A stretch of 64,000 bases of DNA, taken from a virus. Location: the IMG/VR virus record IMGVR_UViG_3300032116_000031, positions 32,001-96,000 of that record. One strand, given 5' to 3'. Shown here piece after piece: positions 40,708 to 50,102 of the stretch (positions within the stretch are counted from its first letter, which is position 1; each line of letters opens with the position of its first letter). The notes beneath the pieces are model-generated. The model was not told the origin of the DNA, searched no databases, and worked only from the letters and a program-made list of their open reading frames with translations. The translations under genes and the position numbers were made by a program.

Positions 40708-41081
40708 AGCTTAAGATTCAAAATATCTTTAACTAAAAAAGCGCCATTGTTATAACTATATAAAACATCTAATGATACAGTGTGATCCTGATATTCAACA
40801 TTAACCGAGTCTATGTTAATACCTTGCATATTGGATTGCACTGTACCTATTATTTCTGATTTTATCATATCAATTGTTTGAGTATCGGCTGGTTCAAACA
40901 AATATTCTACGAGGTTACATCCGAAATCAGGTTTGTATAATCTGTTACCTTTTTTTGTTAATAAAAGATGTATTAAGTTTGATTTAACTTGTTCCTTTGT
41001 TGACTTTGTCAAGTCAAAATAGAAGCCATTATTGCTATTTTTAAAAGGGAATCTGATTCCCAAGAATTTAGTTATACTCAT
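40704..41081 (-). CDS. Baseplate wedge protein, gp25/GPW-like
   Basis: GIRFPF...VKSNLIHLLLTKKGNR..PDFGCNL..YLFEP; the ATG at 41081 is preferred to the track start at 41123. Confidence 0.88.
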   Translation of the reverse strand: MSITKFLGIRFPFKNSNNGFYFDLTKSTKEQVKSNLIHLLLTKKGNRLYKPDFGCNLVEYLFEPADTQTIDMIKSEIIGTVQSNMQGINIDSVNVEYQDHTVSLDVLYSYNNGAFLVKDILNLKL

Positions 41082-41137
41082 TTTTATTTTTTTTTGATTT
41101 TTATAATATATATATAAGTCCAACGTCTGATTTATAT

Positions 41138-41755
41138 ATGGCTAATTATGTTATTGATAATCTTATGATTATATTCTCCGCGCTTTTTTCTGGCGGCGCA
41201 GGTGTTAAAATAGTGGAATATTACTTAAAAACATTAAATAAAGCAAAAGCAGAAGACTTTTTTAATGATACAAAAGAAGTAATAGATATTATAACACAAC
41301 TATCAGAAAACCCCATTATAGATAATGTTTTAATATTTAGAGGCGGCAATGGTGGTTCTGTACCCAGAGTTGGAAAAGATTATTATCTTAAATGTATATT
41401 TGAAGCACATAAAGAAGAGCCTGAAATATCTTCTTTAAAGCTCTATGAAAATATAATCCCAGATTCTAATTATATCACTATTCTTTTAACTTTGATGCAA
41501 AATAAAATGATGAATTTCAATATATCAACTATGGAAGATGGTTTATTGAAAAAAATATATTTAGCCGAAGGATTAAAATATTCCAAAATATTCACTTTAC
41601 ATCAAACAAAAGAATTTATTTTCTATATACAAATATCAACCACACAAAAAAACAATCTTGAAGATGATGTTATATTAAGATTAGAAATGGAATCTAAAAT
41701 CTTTAAATTAAGACAAATCTTCAAGAAACACTATGAAGACGGTTTTTTTAATTAA
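41138..41755 (+). CDS. Single-TM protein with soluble C-terminal domain, possibly holin T-like
   Basis: N-terminal hydrophobic helix; close to the endolysin; function inferred. Confidence 0.4.
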   Translation: MANYVIDNLMIIFSALFSGGAGVKIVEYYLKTLNKAKAEDFFNDTKEVIDIITQLSENPIIDNVLIFRGGNGGSVPRVGKDYYLKCIFEAHKEEPEISSLKLYENIIPDSNYITILLTLMQNKMMNFNISTMEDGLLKKIYLAEGLKYSKIFTLHQTKEFIFYIQISTTQKNNLEDDVILRLEMESKIFKLRQIFKKHYEDGFFN

Positions 41756-42209
41756 AAAGACCTTTAATCTGTTCTTTTGCTTTCTTTCTTAATAGATCCA
41801 AACCCCAATGTAATTTTGATGAAGGGAATTTAAAAAACTCTTCAACGGTCATCCATTTATAATCTGAAACTTCTATCTCATAATCTACCGTTTGAACATT
41901 AACAAGTGGGATAAATTCTTCATAGACAATTCCTATAAAATTGTAGTAATCCATTTCACCTGTTGTATTAACAAATGAAGGGATTATTTTTATTGGTACA
42001 ATCTTACCTGTTTCTTCGTAGAATTCTCTTATAGCAGTTTCATAAGGTGTTTCATAGTTATTAGCCTTACCTCCAAAGTCGCACCATTTATTAGGCTCCT
42101 TCTCTAATTTAGGTCCTCTTTTACCCAAAAGAATTCTACCTGTGCTCAAACACACAGGTAGAACTCCAGCAGCATATTTTTTATTTTCGATTTTTATTTT
42201 TTCAATCAT
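41748..42209 (-). CDS. NUDIX hydrolase
   Basis: GGKANNYETPYETAIREFYEETG Nudix box. Confidence 0.92.
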   Translation of the reverse strand: MIEKIKIENKKYAAGVLPVCLSTGRILLGKRGPKLEKEPNKWCDFGGKANNYETPYETAIREFYEETGKIVPIKIIPSFVNTTGEMDYYNFIGIVYEEFIPLVNVQTVDYEIEVSDYKWMTVEEFFKFPSSKLHWGLDLLRKKAKEQIKGLFN

Positions 42210-42576
42210 ATAACATTGGTTCTAAAATTCTAGTGTTTTTCATTTTTAACAAAAAAGAACATTTTTCATATTCTTCTCTTGTTTCAAAATATTTTATCAG
42301 TCTTTCAATTAATATAGGTTCTACATTTTCATCTATATTTAATCTGTGATAAGTAACATAATAAAATAGTTCGATGTTATCAGGAATAGGTAAGCTACCA
42401 TTTAGATTGAAGTAATCTATGGCTTCAATGTCTTGAATGCTATTAAAGCCTTCCTGTTGTAAATTGGTGTAAATAGAAAAAGCAGCCTCGTCCGCATCAT
42501 CGACGCTAGCTGCTTTTATTGATCCACCGTAAAAACTGCCCTCCTTTGTCTTAATTGACAATACATAGTTGCTCAT
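42202..42576 (-). CDS. Hypothetical protein with UVR-like C-terminal motif
   Basis: YFETREEYEKCSFL. Confidence 0.5.
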   Translation of the reverse strand: MSNYVLSIKTKEGSFYGGSIKAASVDDADEAAFSIYTNLQQEGFNSIQDIEAIDYFNLNGSLPIPDNIELFYYVTYHRLNIDENVEPILIERLIKYFETREEYEKCSFLLKMKNTRILEPMLYD

Positions 42577-42638
42577 ATGTACTTCCCATTTTATATAAAT
42601 ATAAATATTAAGTTAGGAAAACAGCATTACTATTTTTT

Positions 42639-43814
42639 TTATCCGTCACAAGACAAGCAAGATAGATCAGTTGCTTTGGCTGCTATATCTCCTCTTAATA
42701 CTGATTCTGTTCTCATGTAATAAAGAGTTTTTACACCTTGCCTCCAAGCTTCTAGGTGGACGGCGTTAATGAATTTTGGATCCGCTTGTGCAGGAAATGC
42801 TAAATTCAATGACACCGCTTGATCTATATATTGTTGTCTTACTCCAGCTTGTTTAACTAAGTCCAATTGATTAATTTCCTTGAAAGTTTTAAACACATCT
42901 TTAACTGTATATGCTTTTGTTTCAAAATCCTCCTTAGAAATTTCAGAAACCTTTGTTAATTTGCCATCGAGATAACACCATTCATCTAAGAAATCTAATC
43001 CCTGAACTGAACCAGCATCTTGTAATATTTGGTCCCAAACTTGCTTAGTGTTATAACCAATATGATCCAAAACCTTTTCTAATTCATTGTTCTTTCTAAT
43101 AAACGTTCCTTTTAAGGATTGTTCGGTAAACAAATTAGAAGCCCACGGTTCAATTCCAGCACTAACGTTTCCGCTTAGCTTAGAATTAGAAACTGTTGGT
43201 GCAATAGCTCTAAGATGGGTATTTCTATAACCACTCTCTTTACACCATAATGGTTCTCCATATTCTGTTGCTAAATCTCTACTTGCCTTTTCTGATTCAA
43301 TTTTTAATTGGGAGAATATTTTACGGGTTTCAAATTGTGCCCTCAATCCCTCAAAAGGTAATCCTCTTTGTTGGAGGTAGGTATGCCAACCTAAAGTATT
43401 ATGTATAACGTATTTAACACCATTATTTGAACTAGTAAAATAATTATGATGTTCATCTACTGTTAAATCCGAATATTCAATATCAATATTTTCAGGTTGC
43501 CAAATTTCAACAATGGTGTTTAAATTATTATCTTGACTAACCATTACATTACCAACACTTAATTCATCTGCTCTAACATAATCAAGTGAACCATCTTTCA
43601 TTATAGTTAAGGTTGGATGCCATAATGAAGTATAAATAATACTACCACAATCTAATTTAATTGCTATCTGATCTTTAACTTCAACAATGGGTTTATGTGT
43701 TTCTAATATTTCCCTATAACATTTTTTTCTTTTATTTATGTCATAAGATAACACAAAATCACCGCATTTAGCATTTTCAATTGCTATTTCTTTTTTATTT
43801 ATTTTTATATTCAT
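42639..43814 (-). CDS. nrdA: Split-intein C-fragment fused to the C-terminal part of ribonucleotide reductase alpha
   Basis: 139-aa intein part ending VIHN, then TLGWHTYLQ...APTVSNS...QAVSLN...KTLYY...CLSCDG. Confidence 0.92.
   Translation of the reverse strand: MNIKINKKEIAIENAKCGDFVLSYDINKRKKCYREILETHKPIVEVKDQIAIKLDCGSIIYTSLWHPTLTIMKDGSLDYVRADELSVGNVMVSQDNNLNTIVEIWQPENIDIEYSDLTVDEHHNYFTSSNNGVKYVIHNTLGWHTYLQQRGLPFEGLRAQFETRKIFSQLKIESEKASRDLATEYGEPLWCKESGYRNTHLRAIAPTVSNSKLSGNVSAGIEPWASNLFTEQSLKGTFIRKNNELEKVLDHIGYNTKQVWDQILQDAGSVQGLDFLDEWCYLDGKLTKVSEISKEDFETKAYTVKDVFKTFKEINQLDLVKQAGVRQQYIDQAVSLNLAFPAQADPKFINAVHLEAWRQGVKTLYYMRTESVLRGDIAAKATDLSCLSCDG
43398..43814 (-). mobile_element. Split intein IntC (139 aa)
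   Basis: IENAKCGDFV (end of block A), TSLWHP (block B), ADEL.VG, YSDLTVDEHHNYF (block F), IHN|T (block G). Confidence 0.88.
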
Positions 43815-43816
43815 AA

Positions 43817-44851
43817 TTAATTTTTATTTTTTTTTGAGAAATTACCTTTTAACCATCCTTTTTCTAAAAAGGAATTTAATTCTTCTTTTTCTATAAATTT
43901 TATTTCAACGCCATTATTAATACAAATTCTTCCTTTATTACTCGTTTTTTTAGATAAACACCCTAATACCCACCCTTTTTCTAAATACTCTTTTGTATTT
44001 TCTTTAGGTATGTATTTGTTTACTAATCCATTATTTATACCAATAGATCCTTTTTCAATGGTCCCTTTTATTGTATCTGTTGACCAACCGTTGTTTAAAT
44101 GATCTTTTATTTCTGCTTCATCTATCAACTTTGTTTTACCATCTTTTATTACTTTCTTTTTATTTTTTATAGATTTTTCTTTCAATTTTTTCTTTAATTG
44201 ATTATTAAAACCTATAAACCATCCATCCATTAAATAATACTCTAAGTCTTTTTTATCAATATATTTATGTTTTCCATCTTTATTAATACAGATATGACCG
44301 ACTTCTATTGAACCTTTATTTGTTTTTTTACGGATAGTTATACCTTTAAACCATCCTTCAGGTAACTCCGCGTCTAATTTAATAAATTTGTTATTAATAC
44401 CATTTGTAATACAAACAGTATTGTTAGTAGTGCCTTTAGTTTTTACCCATCCTTTTTTTTCTAAAAGTTGTTTTAAGTGTTTTGGAAAAAATCTTGTTTT
44501 ACCAGTTTTAGGGTTAACTAATTTAATCATGTCTTTTGCATTAAAATGTTTATTACCAAATTGATTATAACAAACATTTACACATCTTTTCCTACCATAT
44601 CTTTCGAAAGCTTTTTTTATTAAATTTGATTCATAATCATTAATAATCTTTCTATCAAAAGATAAATCGAATGAATTTATTATAATCCTATTCCATTTAC
44701 AATTATCGAATTCCATTTCATAAGAGAGGTATTTAGAAGAACTTACATATTTATCATCTAAATACCCCTTATGTGAACCAATATATATAAACGGTAAATC
44801 AGTATTATAATATCTATCAGATGAATACCATATATAAATAAATTGCTTCAT
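43817..44851 (-). mobile_element. Free-standing GIY-YIG (Seg-like) homing endonuclease between the nrdA halves
   Basis: FIYIWY...IYIGSHKG...Y.SSS catalytic domain plus about six C-terminal xxNG..K.I......YL..GW..G repeats. Confidence 0.8.
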
Positions 44852-44862
44852 TTCAACTTGAA

Positions 44863-45003
44863 TTAATCTATTTCTATTGTTTTTATCAGTGTAGATACTT
44901 TTATTTTTTCTCCGTTTAATTCAATGAAATCTTCAAGATTATAATTAATTCCATCAATTTCAACTGAATCTATCACTTCAATTTTAGATCCTTTTGATAC
45001 ACA
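44863..45003 (-). mobile_element. Split intein IntN (46 aa)
   Basis: Begins CVSKGSKIEV immediately after the extein GRALGLG (TGT at 45003-45001). Confidence 0.82.
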
Positions 45004-46026
45004 ACCTAGACCCAAAGCGCGGCCCTTCTCGGCTGATCTAACAGCGTTCTCAAAGCCTTTCATATTCTTTGCTTTCTGAATAAACTCTTCCAGTACGCCG
45101 TCCAAGAACCAAGTAGCTGTATAAATTAAATCAGTGTCTTTCCATTCATCATATTTTGCCAAATTAAGAGAACTTAGGCAACACACAAAAGAATGTTGTT
45201 CATCGGTATGTAAAGCAATCTCTGAACAAATATTTGTCATGTGTACCTTCAACCCATTCTTTTTATACATTTCAGGATTACTTTTATTAACATTACCCTT
45301 AAACATAATATAAGGCTCACCTGTTGCTTTTCTCTTTTGTAACAATTTACCCCACTTCCTTCTTGCCTCTACGTCACCTTCTTCTAATTTACGCATAAAG
45401 CTGTCGCTAATGACGGCGCATTGATGTAAATTCAAAGACTGTCTATTAACATCTCCTTTTGGTTCTCTAATTTCCAACCATTCCTCAAAATCTGGGTGAT
45501 CAATTTTGATGTTAACAGAAGCAGCACCTCTTCTAACAGCACCTTGATTCGTAGCTAAAATAGTAGAATCATAAATCTTACAAAATGGTACAACGCCATC
45601 TGAAGTGCCATTGTTGGTAATTTTAGCACCAGCAGGTCTAATCATATTGATACCAATACCTACACCCCCACCATGTTTAGCTAGCATCATTAATTCAAGG
45701 TTCTTTGAACCTATCTCGTAGATACTATCGCCTACATCAATACCAAAACAACTGATAGGTAAACCTCTATCTGTACCAGTGTTAGCTAATACAGGTGTCG
45801 CTAAGTTTAACCAACCTCTCCAAATATAATCGAAGAATTTAGTTGCTAAATGTGGTTTGTTCAAACGTTTGGCAACAGTTGTAGATACGCGCCAATAAGC
45901 GTCTTTTGGTTTTTCACCTTGTAGAAGGTATTCTTTAGAAATGGTTTTTACATAGACTTCGGTATTACCCCATTCAGGGAAGTCAACTCCAACTTCCCAA
46001 CCGAACTCTGCTCCATGATTTATCAT
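44863..46026 (-). CDS. nrdA: Ribonucleotide reductase alpha N-terminal part fused to IntN
   Basis: ATPVLAN, PISCF, GGGVG, QGAVRRGA, GEPY, TNICSEI, CCLSSLN, RALGLG. Confidence 0.93.
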   Translation of the reverse strand: MINHGAEFGWEVGVDFPEWGNTEVYVKTISKEYLLQGEKPKDAYWRVSTTVAKRLNKPHLATKFFDYIWRGWLNLATPVLANTGTDRGLPISCFGIDVGDSIYEIGSKNLELMMLAKHGGGVGIGINMIRPAGAKITNNGTSDGVVPFCKIYDSTILATNQGAVRRGAASVNIKIDHPDFEEWLEIREPKGDVNRQSLNLHQCAVISDSFMRKLEEGDVEARRKWGKLLQKRKATGEPYIMFKGNVNKSNPEMYKKNGLKVHMTNICSEIALHTDEQHSFVCCLSSLNLAKYDEWKDTDLIYTATWFLDGVLEEFIQKAKNMKGFENAVRSAEKGRALGLGCVSKGSKIEVIDSVEIDGINYNLEDFIELNGEKIKVSTLIKTIEID

Positions 46027-46089
46027 ATTAAAATATATTTTTAGTAAAAATAATTAGTACAGTTAAAAATTAACGATGAAAAAAATTTA

Positions 46090-47088
46090 TTACCATAATC
46101 CACTATCCCAATCTTCACCTTCATTTGCCTTACTATAATCAGTAGGTCTTACAGCAAAGAAATCAGTGTGGGTCAATCCACCAGTGAGATGATAAAACCA
46201 ATCTAATTCTGATGCCTTTTCTTCGTTATATTGGAATTGTGCTTTATATCCTAATTCAATCAATTTTTCATTTGTTCTTTTAATAATAAAATGTTTTAAA
46301 TCTTCCTTTTTCAAATTATCTAAATCCCCTTGCTCAAACATTTTATCAATAAAACTATGTTCCAATTTAATAATTAAATCAGCGGCTTCAAAAATAGATT
46401 GTTGAGCTGCATCTTTCAATTCGGGAAATTCTTCACACATATGTTTAAACAATTGGCACCCCATTTTTGAATGCAAAGATTCATCACGAACACTCCATTT
46501 CATTTGCTGCCCGATACCTTTTAACATATTTCTCATTTGGAATGAATATAGAACTGCAAATGAAGAATATAAAGCAACACCTTCAGCAAAAGCAGAGAAA
46601 ATGGCTAAGCTACGCCCAACTTCAACTCTTGCTTGTGGATTATTAATTATATCATTAGGTGAATAATCAGCACTAACTTCTGTTAACATTTCAAATCTGG
46701 CTTTTGTAGCAGGCTCGTGTAAAAAAGCTTCAAAATCTTCAAGACCTAAAGTTTCATTTAGATATGAATAAGCAACGGCGTGAATAGTTTCCTGTGAACC
46801 AAAAGCCATAGCCATCTGCCTAATTTCATGTTTTGGAAACCATTTTGTTACCATTCCAGTCCAATAATCAGATACGGCACATTCAGTTTGAGCGAAACCT
46901 AAAAGAATATTTCCTACCAAATGCTTCTCATGGCTTTTTAATTTCTCGTTCCAATCTTTTATATCACTTTGCATTGGAATTTCAGTATGTAACCAAAAGG
47001 CTTGCATTTGTTTTAGCCAACCTTCATTATAATATTCTGGATATTCGAATGGCTTATAAGGAACTCTTTCTGTGAATAGTTTACTCAT
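46090..47088 (-). CDS. nrdB: Ribonucleotide reductase class I beta subunit
   Basis: ETIHAVAY, EGVALYSSF, RDESLH, DFFA..PTDY. Confidence 0.95.
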   Translation of the reverse strand: MSKLFTERVPYKPFEYPEYYNEGWLKQMQAFWLHTEIPMQSDIKDWNEKLKSHEKHLVGNILLGFAQTECAVSDYWTGMVTKWFPKHEIRQMAMAFGSQETIHAVAYSYLNETLGLEDFEAFLHEPATKARFEMLTEVSADYSPNDIINNPQARVEVGRSLAIFSAFAEGVALYSSFAVLYSFQMRNMLKGIGQQMKWSVRDESLHSKMGCQLFKHMCEEFPELKDAAQQSIFEAADLIIKLEHSFIDKMFEQGDLDNLKKEDLKHFIIKRTNEKLIELGYKAQFQYNEEKASELDWFYHLTGGLTHTDFFAVRPTDYSKANEGEDWDSGLW

Positions 47089-47097
47089 AGTATGTAT

Positions 47098-48483
47098 TTA
47101 ATTTTTATTTTTTTTGTTAGCTTCTAATGAACTTGTTATATTAAAGTCTTCTATTTTAATTTTGACCTTAGCATTATTAAATATGCAATTTTCAAATTTC
47201 AATCGACCCTGACCTAAGCGATTTTTCCAAAAGTTTACATTGGCTAATGCTGATATTTCTTGCTCTTCATCTTTACCAACGGTGATCAATACGTGAGCTA
47301 TCTTTAAAAGGTCAACGGAGCCACCTAACATCGTCGGTAAGACATCTTTCATACCATGTGAATCCTTTTTACCTTGAATCAAAACCCACGCAGCACAATT
47401 GAATTTTTCCTCGCTTATTGAATGTTCTATTTGTCTTAAAACCTCTGGACCAGCCATAAAATCTCTTTCACCATAATCCTTTTCACTTTTAATACAATCT
47501 AAATAGTCAATAATAATCAAATCCAATTTATGCCCTAATACTTTCTCGATGTAAAACATTGTTTGTTCAATATCACTCCATTTTGTATTAATAGCATCAA
47601 ACTTTTTAACAATTAATCTACCACCTGCTTTCTCCCCTTTCTTCAGATATTTTTTGCATTCTAATTCTACAAGTTCTTTGTTTTTATTTTTTCTAGTTTC
47701 ATTGATTTCCAATCCAGTCCAATGTGCTTGGAATTTAGAAATCAATTGATCTTGAGCACCTTCAAAATAAACGTACAATACTGTCTTACCTTGATTGAAT
47801 GCTGCACTAGAAGTAACAACAGAGAAAGTAGTCTTACCAACGCCGTAACCAGCCCCTAGAACGCATAAATCGCCTCTTGAAGGCCCACCACTTAAAGCAC
47901 TATCGAAAGACACTCCTAGGCCAGTTGAGATAGGAATTCGGTTCATATCATCAACTGTTTTAAATGTTTCGCTATCGAAGATTAACGGTCTTTTTTCTAA
48001 GTCATTAATCTCAATAGATTTTCTCACTTTATCAACAGCATCTTCAAAGGATTTGATTTTATTCTCCTTCAATCCTTTTCTAATAGAATCTACTGATGTG
48101 AAGAAGTTTTGTTGTTGAACAAAGTTTTTAGCGTTGTTCCTGATATGATCTACGTTTTCAATAACTACGTTTTCAATATCATCTAAGAACTGAAAAAAGA
48201 TTTCTTTATCTTCTTTACTCTGTGAGGAGTATATTTCCCTAATCGTATCGTAGAAAGGAATACTACGGTATTTTTCGTAATATTCCTTCACGATAGATAA
48301 AAGAAACTTTGAAGATGGAAGAAAGAAGTGATTGCTTTTTAGAATAGGTAAAATTGTAAGACCAAAATCAACATCTCTGTAAATTTCCTTTCCTTTAAGG
48401 ATTCGCCGTCCAATCACCTGATTCCAAAATTTAATCTCAAACCGTTCACCAAAAAATGAAAGGTTTTCGTTCATTGTATCCAT
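47098..48483 (-). CDS. dnaB: DnaB-like replicative helicase
   Basis: GAGYGVGKT Walker A, YFE, IIDYLD, KNRLG. Confidence 0.88.
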   Translation of the reverse strand: MDTMNENLSFFGERFEIKFWNQVIGRRILKGKEIYRDVDFGLTILPILKSNHFFLPSSKFLLSIVKEYYEKYRSIPFYDTIREIYSSQSKEDKEIFFQFLDDIENVVIENVDHIRNNAKNFVQQQNFFTSVDSIRKGLKENKIKSFEDAVDKVRKSIEINDLEKRPLIFDSETFKTVDDMNRIPISTGLGVSFDSALSGGPSRGDLCVLGAGYGVGKTTFSVVTSSAAFNQGKTVLYVYFEGAQDQLISKFQAHWTGLEINETRKNKNKELVELECKKYLKKGEKAGGRLIVKKFDAINTKWSDIEQTMFYIEKVLGHKLDLIIIDYLDCIKSEKDYGERDFMAGPEVLRQIEHSISEEKFNCAAWVLIQGKKDSHGMKDVLPTMLGGSVDLLKIAHVLITVGKDEEQEISALANVNFWKNRLGQGRLKFENCIFNNAKVKIKIEDFNITSSLEANKKNKN

Positions 48484-48530
48484 AATAAATTTCTTTTGTA
48501 AAATAAAAAAATAACAATTGAATAATAAAA

Positions 48531-49091
48531 TTAGAGTTGATAACTATTTACACAGAAAGTGTTTTTAACGCCAGTGAAAGGAGTGAAAAATCTGTTTGTG
48601 TAATAATTCAAAGATAACAAGTCTTTCAACAAACTTCTGATACCTTTAAAATTAGGACCATCTTTCCAAATAGGGAGAATAGATAGTTGAGGAACAGCGT
48701 AGAAATCATTAGCATTAATTTCTTGCTGATAGATTACCCTTACTTCTTTTTCATCTGTTAGTTTACCTTGATTTCTCACTGATGCTGAATGGTCAACTAA
48801 TTTAAAGATGTAACGTGAATTTGGGTTTTGGTGGGTGGACGGCGAAATTCCGTTCTCATAATTTTTGTAAAGATAATCCTCCGTAATACCCCTCATATAA
48901 TCATGGAACAAGCCAGTAATCTGTTGAAAGGTGTGAACAATCTCTACTGAATTTTCAACCGCTAAATCAGGGTTTCCAAATTCTTTTGGTGTGGCAAAGA
49001 AATTCAACATAGACATCTCTTGTGCTGTTGAACCATCGTAGTAAATCAAGTGAAAAGTAAATTTTGTAGTAAACTCTTGATTTTCTTTCAT
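48531..49091 (-). CDS. Hypothetical protein in the replication operon
   Basis: 186-aa ORF. Confidence 0.5.
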   Translation of the reverse strand: MKENQEFTTKFTFHLIYYDGSTAQEMSMLNFFATPKEFGNPDLAVENSVEIVHTFQQITGLFHDYMRGITEDYLYKNYENGISPSTHQNPNSRYIFKLVDHSASVRNQGKLTDEKEVRVIYQQEINANDFYAVPQLSILPIWKDGPNFKGIRSLLKDLLSLNYYTNRFFTPFTGVKNTFCVNSYQL

Positions 49092-49094
49092 AAA

Positions 49095-50102
49095 TCAAAT
49101 TTTGTTTGTTAAAAAATATGGTTGAATAAAAAAGTTTAAATCTCCATCGAAATCTAAATCTGTTACTATTTGTTTGTGTATCTCTGTGCCTTTAATCTTA
49201 TTTATAAAAGCCTTCTTATCAAAATTCAAGAACTTAATGTTTGCTATTTCGTCCTTGCAATCTTGTGTCACAAAGGTACTACTTTTTAGATTAATTAGTG
49301 ACTCTGTGAGCAAAAATTTTTCATCTTTTTCTAAAAATTCTATTAAGGTTCCTAAACGCTTCCCTTTCTTATTTTTCTCCCTTTGTTTATAACAGTATTC
49401 AAGTAAACTTGTTCTGTCATATTCTCGTCTAACAAACATAGGGATTTCTTTAACAATCGACTTTTCAGAGAATCCATTGGCACCTATAATATTATCAGAT
49501 TCATCCCCCATAATGACCTTTCTTAGTAATATATTCTTGGGATTGTAATCAAAATAATATTCAAAATTTTCAGAATTAATCAATAAGTTTTTTGGATACA
49601 AGAAGTCGCCAGTCTTTATCCTATTCATATAATAAACATATACTGTCTTATCAACTAATTGAAAATAATCATGATCGTTTGATAATATCAATATATTTTC
49701 CTTATCCTTATTTTGCCTGACATATTCTGCAATGCAATCATCTGTTTCAACGAATTCATGTTGATATGAAACTATACCCAATAGCTCCATTAATTCTTTT
49801 AAAACATTTATTTGATTGTAATAAGGATCAATACCGTTAAAAAACCTCTTACGTTTTTCTTTGTATTGTGGATACAATTCCCTTCTTAACTTTCCACTTT
49901 CAGGGCCATCCCAAAATAAAACCGTTTTATTAATTTGATATGTATGATTATTTACATTCTCATTTAATATTCCTCTCAACTTTTTTAAAAATCCCCAAAC
50001 AGCGTGAATATTTTGTTTTTGGAGGGCGTAAGATTTTACGCCCTCGAAAACAATCTTGTATAAGTTAGTTGCGTCTACAACCAGAGTAGCTCTATTCTTC
50101 AT
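49095..50102 (-). CDS. 5'-3' exonuclease / RNase H (T4 rnh, PolI N-terminal-like)
   Basis: VVDA, FWDG, R...YP.YK..R, ETDDCIA, SNDHDY.QL, GDESDNI.G. Confidence 0.9.
   Translation of the reverse strand: MKNRATLVVDATNLYKIVFEGVKSYALQKQNIHAVWGFLKKLRGILNENVNNHTYQINKTVLFWDGPESGKLRRELYPQYKEKRKRFFNGIDPYYNQINVLKELMELLGIVSYQHEFVETDDCIAEYVRQNKDKENILILSNDHDYFQLVDKTVYVYYMNRIKTGDFLYPKNLLINSENFEYYFDYNPKNILLRKVIMGDESDNIIGANGFSEKSIVKEIPMFVRREYDRTSLLEYCYKQREKNKKGKRLGTLIEFLEKDEKFLLTESLINLKSSTFVTQDCKDEIANIKFLNFDKKAFINKIKGTEIHKQIVTDLDFDGDLNFFIQPYFLTNKI

Noticed and set aside
43815-44862. Group I intron interrupting nrdA
   Set aside because: Only 11 nt and 2 nt of non-coding sequence flank the endonuclease, leaving no room for a ribozyme; intein motifs explain the split.
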